Shown: positions 50,614-61,687 of the stretch, in pieces
Numbering within the stretch: the first letter of the stretch is position 1
Layout: each line of letters opens with the position of its first letter
NCBI RefSeq assembly: GCF_902713615.1
Contig: NC_052169.1
Location: 4,924,285 to 4,988,284, forward strand
Source of the DNA: Scyliorhinus canicula
Taxonomy: Eukaryota
Direction: 5' to 3'
Length of the DNA: 64,000 bases
Made by a program: the position numbers and the translations under genes
Notes under the pieces: generated by a model
The model's database searches: none
What the model was told of the DNA's origin: nothing
The model's input: only the letters and a program-made list of their open reading frames with translations

Positions 50614-50614
<1 letters not shown>

Positions 50615-50678
<64 letters not shown>
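50615..50678 (+). repeat. 64-nt G homopolymer
   Basis: Seen directly. Confidence 0.9.
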
Positions 50679-50679
<1 letters not shown>

Positions 50680-52644
50680 GGGTAGGGATAAAGCTCCAGG
50701 TCGACAGGCAGGGCAGAGAGTCAGCGCAGGATGGAGGGCAGGACAGAAAGTCAAGGTAGAGGAGTGAAGTACAGGGATGAGGAGGGAAGAGGGGAAAGGA
50801 ACAAGAGTAGAGAGACGAAAGACAGAACAGAATAAGTAGGGATATGGATTGGATTTGGATTTGGGTTACTGTCACGTGTATCGAAGAACAGTGTAAAGTG
50901 TTGTTCTGCGTACAGTCCAGACAGATCGTTCCATACATGAAAACATAGGACATACATAAATACACAATGTAAATACATAGACACAGACATTGGGTGAAGC
51001 ATACGGAGTGTAGTACTACTCAATAGAGAAGATGCGTGGAGAGATCAGTTTAGTCCATAAGAGGATCATTCAGGAGTCTGGTAACAGCGGGGAAGAAGCT
51101 GGTTTTGAACCTGTTAGTGCGTGTTCTCAGACTTTTGTATCCCCTGCCGATCTAAGAGGTCTTACATTTCTGGATAATAGCTTTGGATAGTAGCTTTGAA
51201 TGCTGAAAAATTCAAATGGCAACGTTTCCCAGACTACAAGGCACACCAGCAAAAGCTAACTTGGTAAAACTGTAATGTGGGTATAAACTTCTATAAAATG
51301 AAGTGAATACATCAAACTGTGATTTTAATGAGCACAATAATGCGAAAGATGCCTCTTCTAATAGAGACTTTCTGAGGGCTCTTCTGAATGCAGGGTTATG
51401 CGCCCTGCCTATTAAGATGCTGTCTGTTCCCACCGAGCATGATTTTATTATGCATTTTTAATAGAACTGTTTCTGCAATGACGTCCTGCAAGTGTCGATC
51501 ATTAATATTCCCGCAAGTCCTTCCTGGGTTTCTGTACAATATGTTTTTGCTTGTTTCAATGTTGAGCTCTGTGCTCGGAATATAACACTGGGCCTGATCA
51601 TGGCTCATGGGCCTGAAACACTGGTTGAAACTCTGACGGGATCTTCGAGCGACCACTCGCCGTGGGTTCCCTGGCAGCGGAGGGTGAGAACGATCGGGAA
51701 ACCTGTTGACAGCGGCCAGGGCTGGAAGATCCCACGACCGACCAATGACGGGCCACCTCCTCTGCCGCAAGACATGCCGAGGGAGGGGGTAGGGTGGGGC
51801 GTGAATGATCCCGCGCGTTAACTCTGCTTCTCTCTCCACTGATGCGACCCGACCTGCTGAGTATTGTCTCCATTTTCCGTTAATGGCCGGATTCTCTGTT
51901 CGCACCAGAAGCCCTCCCGTGGGCTTCCCGGCGGAGTAGGGTATCTTCACCGACAGCAGCGGGAACATAGAATGCCGCCAGCAGCAAACACCGTGCCGCC
52001 TCCGGGAAACACGGCAGCTGGGGTCTGGAGAATCCAGCCCGATATTAGGAGAATGGCCATGAACTAAGATGCTAGAGTCTTGTCTCTCGATCTAAAGCCT
52101 CCTTTTTTAGATGAGGGAGAACTCTTACATTTCCTGCTCATTGACCTCCTGTCCCCATTCTCTCTGGGTGACTGAAAGCTAATGTGCAGCTGCAGCAGGC
52201 ACATGAGGAAGGCAAATGGGGCGTTGGCCTTGAGTGCAGGAGGATCCCGTACAGGTGTAAAGATGTCTTGGTGTTGTATTGCGAGGCGATCGACAAGAAC
52301 ATAGAACATAGAACATTACAGCGCAGTACAGGCCCTTCGGCCCACGATGTTGCACCGTCCTGTGATACCCTTCTAAAGTCCCTCGACACGATTCCCTTAT
52401 CGTCCATATGCCTATCCAATGACCATTTGAATGCATTTAGTGTTGGCGACAAGGCAGTGTTAAAACACAGCGGAGGTTTATTGAAGCAAGAAGAAGTATA
52501 TACACAGGGCAGCATAACTACTACACAGGTCCTATTCCAATAACTCCCCGGCTAACTCTGACCAAAACCCAACAACCAGATCCGTGCCTAAACAATTGGT
52601 GGGTAAACAGTCGCACACGCTGCCCCCATAGGCTCGGGAGTATA

Positions 52645-53985
52645 GAAACATAGAAACATAGAAAATAGAAGCAGGAGGAGGCCATTCAGCCCTTCATGCC
52701 TGCTCCGCCATTCATTATGATCTTGGCTGATCATCCAACTCAACAGCCTAATCCCGCTTTCCCCCCATTTCCTTTGATCCCCCTCGCCCTAAGTGCTATA
52801 TCTAACTGCTTCTTGAAAACATACAGGGCGCAATTCTCCGCACTCACGACGGTGCGGAGAATAGCGGGGGTCGTAAACTTTTACGGCCACGCTAGTCCGT
52901 CGCCCTCCCGCTATTCTCCCCCCCCCCCCCCACGCCCGACTCCCGACACGAATCGCCGCCGCCGTTTTTTTACGGCGAGCAGCGATTCTCAGCTGGCCGA
53001 TGGGCCGAGTTCCCAGCCCTTTACGGCCGTTTTTACGAATGGCAAACACACCTGGTCTGGCCGTTCGTATAAACGGCCGTAAAGTTCGGATCTTGGCAAC
53101 CATGGCACCGATTGGCACGGCAGTACCACGGCGTGCCAAGGGTGCCATGGGCCCCGCGATTGGTGGCACCGATCGCGGGCAGCGGGTCCGATTCCCGCGC
53201 ACTCTTTGTCCTTCCGCCGCCCCGCTGTATCAATTCGCGGGGCGGCTGAGGGGCATCCCGGCCCGCGCATGCGCGGGTTTCGCGCAAATGCGCGATGACG
53301 TCATCCGCGCATGCGCGGGTTGGAGTCTTCCAATCCACGCATGCGCGGCTGACGTCATGCGACGCGTCAGCCGTCGCAAACTCTGGCAAGCGGGCTTAAC
53401 GAAATTCGTTAAGCCCGCGATGCCGGAGTTCACGGCCGCGGCATACTAGCCCCGACCGGGGACCAGAATCGGTTCCCAGGTCGGGGGGGGGGGGGGGGGG
53501 GGGGGGAGGCTGGCGTCAAACCCGCCCGTTTTTGACGCCAGCCTTACGATTTCTCCCTGTCTGGGAGAATCGCGCCCACTGTGTTTTGGCCTAAACTAGT
53601 TCCTGTGGTAACAAATTCCACAGACTCACCACTCTCTGGGTGAAGACATTTCTCCTCATCTCTGTCCTAAATAGTCTTTGCGTATCCTCAGACTGTTGTC
53701 ACACCCACCATCGGGAGCATCCTTCCTGCATCTACCCTGTCCAGTCTGGCAGAATTTTATCGGTTTCTATGAGATTTCCCCTCTCATTCTTCTGAACTCC
53801 AGCGAATACAATCCTAACCGATTCAATCTCTCCTCATACCCTACTCCCGCCAGCCCTGGAATCACTCTGGTAAACCTTCGCTGCACTCCCTCGAGAGCAA
53901 GAACATCCTTCCTCAGAGAAGAAGACCAAATCTGAACACAATATTCCAGGTGTGGCCTCACCAAGACCCTGCATAATTGCAGCAA
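52645..53985 (-). mobile_element. CR1 3' fragment interrupted by a MITE
   Basis: (CATAGAAA)n tail at ~52645; RPHLEYCVQIWS...LEGVQRRFTR. Confidence 0.85.
52826..53577. mobile_element. GC-rich MITE (752 bp), PIF/Harbinger-like TIRs, with multiple internal hairpins
   Basis: TIRs GGGCGCAATTCTCC / GGAGAATCGCGCCC; CpG-rich; no coding capacity; splits a CR1. Confidence 0.8.
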
Positions 53986-54211
53986 GGCCTCACCTAGCCC
54001 ACAAAGTATCACCTCTTAAAGGGGCCACATCACCACGCTTGGTGAGACTGCACCTATTGTGTAGAGTTTTGATCTCCTTTTCTAAGGCAGGATATAGAGG
54101 GAGATCAGCGAGGGTTTACCGGGCTGATTCCTGGGACGGTGGGGCTGACCCATGAGCAGGGATTGAGGAGACTGGGTCTGTTTTCTCCAGGGTTTCAAAG
54201 AATCAGGGGCG

Positions 54212-54290
54212 ATCCCACTGCAATTCAGTAGTGCTGAGGGAGTGCTGCACTGCCAGAGGTGGCGGCCATTTTTCAGACACATTAATCCGA
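54212..54290 (+). mobile_element. Ancient DeuSINE (SacSINE/AmnSINE-like) core fragment
   Basis: GTAGTGCTGAGGGAGTGCTGCACTGCCAGAGGTG resembles the recalled Deu-domain consensus. Confidence 0.55.
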
Positions 54291-56554
54291 GTATTACAGA
54301 CCACGACCCAGAGACCCAGGACTCGTGCTAGAGTTTTGCAGTAGATTGTTGGGCTAAAGTTTCTCGAGTGGGCCTTGAACAGCCAACCTTCTGGCTCAGA
54401 GGAGAAGATAGACCGGCCATTGAGCCATGGCTGACGTGTGGTGACCATCTCCGCCCAAACCACTTCACAAGGTGCCATCCTGTGGTGCAGTGGTGTCTAA
54501 CCCATGACTGTGGAATGCATCTGACGGGCCTTGTGATTTCAGATCACAACACGGTAGCATGGTGGCTAGCATAAATGCTTCACAGCTCCAGGGTCCCAGG
54601 TTCGATTCCCGGCTGGGTCACTGTCTGTGCGGAGTCTGCACGTCCTCCCCCTGTGTGCGTGGGTTTCCTCCGGGTGCTCCGGTTTCCTCCCACAGTCCAA
54701 AGATGTGCGGGTTAGGTGGATTGGCCATGCTAAATTGCCCTAGGTGTCCTAAAAAGTAAGGTTAGGGGTGGGGGGTGGGGGGTTTACGGGTATAGGGTGG
54801 ATACATGGGTTTGAGTAGGGTGATCATGGCTCGGCACAACATCGAGGGCCGAAGGGCCTGTTCTGTGCTGTACTGTTCTATGTTCTATGTTCTAGATCAT
54901 CGACTGAGCAGGTTCCTGATTAAAGAAACCCACGCCAGCAGAAACAGCTCCTGTGAGCAATAAAACACTTGGACAGAGAAAGCCCGAGGCTGTGAAACAG
55001 TGTGAAAGCTTTGCTCCGAGTCGTGTGGGCGTCGCTGGCGAGATCGGCATTTATTGCCCAGCCCTGGTTGCCCTTGAGAAGGCGACGGCCAAATTACCTG
55101 ACAAGCACGTCTTTCGGGACTTGTGGGAGGGAACCGGAGCTCCCGGAGGAAACCCACGCAGGCACGGGGAGAACATGCAGACTCCGCACAGACAGTGACC
55201 CGAGCCGGGAATCGAACCGGGGACCCTGGTGCTGTGAAGCAACAGTGCTAACCGCTGCTCTACCACGCCGCCCATGCTGCCGAAAGTGTCTCCATTCACA
55301 TCACAGAAATAATTTAACATCTTCAAAAGAGTCTGACACACTCAACTCTTTATTCTTAACCATTTTAGCTGCGCATTTGCATGAATCAAATATTGCCCTG
55401 CAGTAAAAACATTGGGTTTATAAAAAGCAAATGTCACGTGGGAACACACAGCCAGGGAGCAGTGGGCTTAACGCAGGCACAGGAAGCAACGCCGACAGCT
55501 CTGACAGACACAGTTATTCTCTGGAAACCTGGAGGTGAAGTCTGAAATAAGCCACCCTGCAGTTCTGTGGCGAGCGAGTGGGCACTGTGTGCGTCAGAAT
55601 GAACTCCTCTGAGCAAAAGGAGAGTAAACGTGTCGAGGAAGGAGTTCGACTTACTTTGACGGAGATTTAATTGAATTTAAAAACAATTTCCTACTTGTCG
55701 TTAATCGAAAGCCAAGCTCAGTAAGAACCGTACAGTTCCTTGGGCATGTCTTGCCCCATGACGAAACAGATGCCCCAGTCTATACAAGGCTCGAGCAAAC
55801 CCCCCCCCCCCCCCCCACTTTACTTCCTGACTCTCCCTCTCCCAGATCACAATGGCTTCAGGTCTTTGATTCAGGCATCCCTCTGAATGGTACAGCAGCC
55901 AGACAGTCATTCCTAACTTGTGAGAGGCAGCTGTTCACCTCTGAAAGTTTTCACAATTGGCCCACTCTTTACTGCTCAGGAGCAGGTACAAGTTTATCTT
56001 CTTTCTGCCCCAGAGGTACTGAGGCCAAGTACGGCCGGCACGGTAGCACTGTGGTTAGCACTGTTGTTTCACAGCGCCAAGGCCCCAGGTTCGATTCCCG
56101 GCTTGGGTCACTGTCTGTGCGGAGTCTGCACGTTCTCCCCGTGTCTGCGTGGGTTTCCTCCCACAAGTCCCGAAAGACGTGCTGTTAGGTGAATTGGACA
56201 TTCTGAATTCTCCCTCTGTGTACCCGAACAGGCGCCGGAATGTGGCGACTAGGGGCTTTCACAGTAACTTCATTGTAATGTTAATGTAAGCCTGCACCAA
56301 TAAAGATTATTATTATTATCACTCCAATTTCCACCTGGGGGCTAAGCCCAGTTAACTCGACACAGGAGGTCTTGTGACACAGAGGGCAGCACCTTTGGAC
56401 TAGATGCTCTGGGTTCAAGTCCAACACTATGACTTGTTGGTCACAGAAAGGGATGCTGATACAGCAGTTCAACGGGCTGATAATCAGCTCAGCAATCCTT
56501 CCACGCCCCCCCCCCCCCTCTAATCCCCAAAGGTTGAAAAGGTGTGGGTGAGGA

Positions 56555-57290
56555 TAGAACATAGAAAAATACAGCACAGAACAGGCCCTTCGGCCCACGA
56601 TGTTGTGCCGAAACTTTGTCGTAGATTAATCATAGATTATCATAGAATTTACAGTGCAGAAGGAGGCCACTCGGCCCATCGAGTCTGCACCGGCTCTTGG
56701 AAAGAGCACGCTACCCGAGGTCAACACCTCCACCCTATCCCCATAACCCAGTAACCCCACCCAACACTAACGGCAATTTTGGACACTAAGGGCAATTTAT
56801 CATGGCCAATCCACCTAACCTGCACATCTTTGGACTGTGGTAGGAAACCGGAGCACCCGGAGGAAACCCACGCACACATGGGGAGGATATGCAGACTCCG
56901 CACAGACAGTGACCCAAGCCGGAGTCGAACCTGGGACCCTGGAGCTGTGAAGCAATTGTGCTATCCACAATGCTACCGTGCTGCCCTTAAAAACAAATTA
57001 ATCTACACTCCATTATTCAACCATAATCCATGTACCTATCCAATTGAAGGTCCCTAATGTTTCCGACTCAACTACTTCCACAGGCAGTGCATTCCATGCC
57101 CCCACTACTCTCTGGGTAAAGAACCTACCTCTGACATCCCCCCTATACCTTCCACCATTCACCTTAAATTTATGTCCCCTTGTAATGGTTTGTTCCACCT
57201 GGGGAAAAAGTCTCTGACTGTCTACTCTATCTATTCCCCGATCATCTTATAAACGTCTATCAAGTCGCCCCTCATCCTTCTCCGTTCTAA
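56555..57290 (-). mobile_element. CR1 3' fragment with an HE1-type SINE (56628-56986) inserted near its tail
   Basis: TRGHKFK...FFTQRVVGAWNALP; CR1 tail at ~56555-56610. Confidence 0.82.
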
Positions 57291-57301
57291 TGGCTTCGGA
57301 T

Positions 57302-57538
57302 TGAGGCACTCTCAATTACGACACAAAAGTTAGGTTAGTAATCAAAGGCTTTAATAAGCAGTGAACAATGGCAGCATCCATGAGAAGTGTGCTCGCAAAA
57401 TGGAGTCTCATCTTAAGTACTGTTTCCCAGGGGGCGTAGCCAGAGGCGGAGTCCCCCAGGGTTCCAAGCCTCTTAAAGGGGCAAGGTATTCCGATCATCA
57501 CAAGCCTCTTAAAGGGGCAAGGTATTCCGATCATCACA
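57302..57538 (-). repeat. 3' LTR of the Gypsy element (237 bp)
   Basis: Direct repeat of 61451-61687 with about 6 mismatches by eye; adjacent polypurine tract at 57539-57550. Confidence 0.95.
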
Positions 57539-60500
57539 TTCACCCCCTGTTTAAAAAAACACATAGTCCGTCGGGGATGAAGTGTTTTTAAATTATAAGT
57601 TCAGTCTTTGTGGTGGCCTGATAGTCCGTGGTGACTTTTGCCGCTCCAGTGGTGGCACCGTGGATGCGGTCGGTTCCGATGGTGTTCTGTCCGGGAGCAC
57701 GGTTGACTGAAGCTTTGTCCGCCTTGGAGAGGGGGGGTATCAGGAGTGATTAGGGTGGTTGGTGTCGGCTGGGGGGCAGGGGGCGCTATGGAGGGGGCGC
57801 TGTCGAAGTCGGCGTTCGGTGTAGGGCCGGGAGCGTCGGTAGAAGGGGGGGAGGTCGGTGGGAGAGTCGGTGGGAGAGCCAGCGGGTGCCAGGTCTCGCA
57901 GGGATACAGTATCCTGCCTGCCATCGGGGTGCTCGACGTAGGCATAACGAGGGTTTGCGTGCAGCAGGTGGACCCTCTCGACTATTGCATCCGTTTTATG
58001 GCTCCTCACATGCCTCCGGAGTAGGACTGGACCCGGAGTCGTCAGCCAGGGTGGAAGCAAGACTCCAGAGGTGGACTTCCTGGGGAAGACAAACAAACGA
58101 TTGTGAGGGGTCTCGTTCGTGGCCGTACAGAGGAGCGACCGAATGGAGTGCAGGGCATCGGGTAGGACCTCCTGCCAGCGGGCGATAGGGAGACTCCTTG
58201 ACCGTAGGGCTAGGAGGACAGCCTTCCAAACTGTCGCGTTCTCCCTCTCCACTTGCCCGTTTCCCCGCGGGTTATAGCTCGTCGTCCTGTTCGAGGCGAT
58301 GCCCTTGCCGAGCAGGTACCGACGCAGCTCATCGCTCATGAACGATGTACCCCGGTCGCTGTGAATATAAGCGGGGAAACCAAACAGAGTGAAGATGCTG
58401 CGCAGTGCCTTGATCACGGAGGCCGAGGTAGTATCGGGGCAGGGGACAGCAAAAGGGAAGCGGGAAAATTCGTCGATGACGGTGAGGAAATAGATGTTGC
58501 GATTGTTGGAAGGGAGAGGCCCTTTGAAGTCCACGCTTAGTCGCTCAAAGGGCCCAAAGGCTTTTATCAGGCGGGCCTTGTCTGGTCGATAGAACTGTGG
58601 TTTGCATTCCGCACAGATCTGGCATGCCTTAGTCATGGCCTTGACCTCCCCTGTGGAGTAGGGTAAGTTGCAGGACTTGATGAAATGGGCAAGCCGGGTG
58701 ACCCCCGGGTGGCAGAGATCATCGTGGGTGGCTCTCAGGCGGTCCAATTGCGCGTTGGCGCACGTGCCGCGAGACAGGGCATCTGGGGACTCGTTGAGCT
58801 TCCCGGGCGGTATTTAATACCGTACGTATAGGTGGAGAGCTCTATTCTCCACCTCAGAATCTTGTTGTTCTTTATTTTGCCCCGTTGTGCGTTATCGAAC
58901 ATAAAGGCGACCGACCGTTGGTCGGTGATGAGGGTGAACCTCCTACCGGCTAGGTAGTGCCTCCAGTGCCGCACGGCCTCCACTATGGCTTGTGCCTCCT
59001 TCTCGACTGCAGAGTGCCGGATTTCCGAGGCGTTGAGGGTTCGGGAGAAGAACGCTATTGGTCTGCCCGCCTGGTTGAGGGTAGCAGCCAGGGCGACTTT
59101 GGATGCATCGCTTTCTATTTGGAAGGGAATGGCTTCGTCCACCGCATGCATGGCGGCCTTGATGATGCCGGCCTTGATACGGTTGAAAGCCGACTGGGCC
59201 TCATCCGTCAGGGGAAAAACCGTGGTCTTAATGAGTGGCCGGGCTTTGTCCGCATATCTGGGGACCCACTGGGCGTAATAGGAGAAAAGCCCCAAGCATC
59301 GTTTGAGTGCCTTGAGGCTACGGGGGAGGGGGAGTTCCTTAAGGGGACGCATGCGGTCGGGGTACCGGGCCTAGGACCCCGTTCTCCACGACGTAGCCGA
59401 GGATGGCGAGCCGGGTTGTGTGGAACACGGCATTTCTCTTTGTTGTAGGTGAGGTTGAGGGCCCGGGCAGTCTGGAAGGAACTTCCTCAGGTTTGCGTCG
59501 TGGTCCTGCTGGTCATGGCCGCAGATGGTGACGTTGTCCAAGTACGGGAAGGTCGCCCGTAAGCCGTACTGGTCCACCATCTGATCCATCGCCCTCTGGA
59601 AAACGGAGACTCCGTTTGTAACACCAAAGGGTACCCTGAGGAAGTGAAACAGCTGACCGGCTGCTTCAAAAGCCATGTAGGGGCGGTCCTCTGAGCGGAT
59701 AGGGAGTTGGTGGTAGGCCGATTTGAGGTCAACCATGGAGAATACCCGATACTGGGCAATTTGGGTCACCATTTCAGCTATTCGGGGAAGTGGGTACGCA
59801 TCGAGTTGTGTGAAGCGGTTTATTGTCTGGCTATAATCCACAACCACGCGTTGCTTTTCCCCGGAGCGGACTACTAATACCTGGGCCCTCCAGGTGTTGC
59901 TGGCCTCTATGACCCCCTCTTTTAGTAGCCGCTGAACCTCCGACTTGATGAAAGTCAAGTCTTGGGTACTGTACCGGCGACTCTTGGTGGCGACGGGCTT
60001 ACAGTCGGAGTGAGGTTCGCGAAGAGGGAGGGTGGCGCAACTTTGAGTGTCGCCAGGCTGCAGACTGTGAGTGGGGGCAGGGGTCCGCCGAACTTCAGTG
60101 TCAGGCTCCGGTGGCTGCACTGAAAGTCGAGGCCAAGCAGCAGGGGGGCGCAGAGTTGAGGAAAAATGTACAGTTTAAAACGGGAGTATTTCGCGCCTTG
60201 AATTGCGAGGTCAGCGACACAATACCCCGTGATTTCAACCAAATGGAACCCTGAGGCAAGGGCGATAGTTTGGGAGGTGGGATGGGTGCACAGGGAGCAG
60301 CGCCTTACCGTGTCTGGGTGGATAAAGCTCTACGTGCTCCCGGAGTCGAACAGGCAGGGAGTGCCTTGGCCGTTGATTCGCACCCGCATCATCGGGTTTC
60401 GCAGGTGTTTCGGCCGTGATTGATCAAGCGTGATCGCTCCTAGGTGCGGGCCGTCAGAGTCGGACTCACAAAATGGCCGCCCGGAGTCACAAGATGGCCG

Positions 60501-61450
60501 CCGCCGCCGGTCGCACGTGTTGGGTTTTGAAGATGGCCGCCGCTAAGATGGCCGCTCCCATGACTCGCACGGGGTCGATGACGCGTCAGAAGTGGGCGTG
60601 TCTGGCCGCAGTGCAGCCGCGTTGCGGGGTCTGTGAGGCCGCGAGCTTGATTTCTGGGCCTGATGAGGGTTTCGTTTGTGGCCTTTGGGCCCAGCCAGGC
60701 AGACTTTCACGAAGTGCCCTTTCTTCCCGCAGTCGTTGCAGGTCGCGGATCGGGCCCGACAACGCTGACGTGGGTGCTGGCCTTGCCCACAGAAATAGCA
60801 TGGGGAGCCCCCGGAGTGAGTGGATCGACGCGTGGCACAGGCCTATAGCGTGGCCGAGTCTGGAGGGGATCGAGAGGGATTCGTAAGGTCCGCGGTGTAC
60901 GTACGGAGGTTACGGTGGGCCGTTTCGAGAGAAAAGCCGAGCGTTACCGTGCCTTGGAGATCCTTCGCCCCGTCTTCTAGGAGCCGCTGCTGGATGTACG
61001 ATGACCTGATGCCAGACACAAGGGCGTCGCGGATGTGTAAGTCCCTGTGTTCTTCAGCCGTCACTGCTTTGTGGTCGCAGTTCCTCGCGAGCGCGGTGAG
61101 TCTTTCCACGAACTCGTCCAGCGTTTCCCCGGAGCGCTGGCTGCAGGTCGAGAGCAAATGCCTGGCATGTACCTCATTGGTAGTCTTTATGAAACGTTTC
61201 TTCAATATTTCGATCGCGCCTCATAGGTCGTAGCGGTTTCAATCATGGCGGAGATTCGGTGGCTCACCCGGCCATGTAGGAAGCGCAGCTTGCGAGCGCT
61301 GTCGACATCAGACGGTGAGGAGTCCAGATAATTCTCAAAACACCGGAGCCAATGTTTAAAAATTTCCGAGGCTTCAGGTGTCCTGCCTTCCAGGTTGAGT
61401 CTCTCTGGTTTCAGACCGCTGTCCATCTTGATGTGCACTGCTTATTAAAT

Positions 61451-61687
61451 TGAGGCACCCTCAATTACGACGCGAAAGTTAGGTCAGTAATCAAAGGCTT
61501 TAATAAGCAGTGAACAATGGCAGCATCCAAGAGAAGTGTGCTCGCAAAATGGAGTCTCATCTTAAGTACTGTTTCCCAGGGGGCGTAGCCAGAGGCGGAG
61601 TCCCCCAGGGTTCCAAGCCTCTCAAAGGGGCAAGGTATTCCGATCATCACAAGCCTCTTAAAGGGGCAAGGTATTCCGATCATCACA
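61451..61687 (-). repeat. 5' LTR of the Gypsy element (237 bp)
   Basis: Direct repeat of 57302-57538. Contains an ATTAAA poly(A) signal on the sense strand; the gag ATG lies 24 nt downstream. Confidence 0.95.

Larger units (their letters stand above)
57302..61687 (-). mobile_element. Full-length but frameshifted Gypsy-superfamily LTR retrotransposon (4386 bp; gag with two CCHC knuckles, then PR, RT, RH, IN)
   Basis: Two 237-bp TG...CA LTRs. Gag MDSGLKPERL from 61426; CYFCGQGQHPRQRC and CNDCGKKGHFVKVC knuckles (~60700-60800); protease LFDSGST with an in-frame stop; RT LPRI/DLKSAYHQ/PFG/YLDN; RNase H DAS...EKEAQA...TDQ; integrase HHCC + D,D,E. PPT CAGGGGGTGAA before the 3' LTR. Confidence 0.96.

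Noticed and set aside
50344-50965. Poly-Pro/poly-Gly ORFs
   Set aside because: Produced by a 64-nt G run whose length may be a sequencing or assembly artefact.
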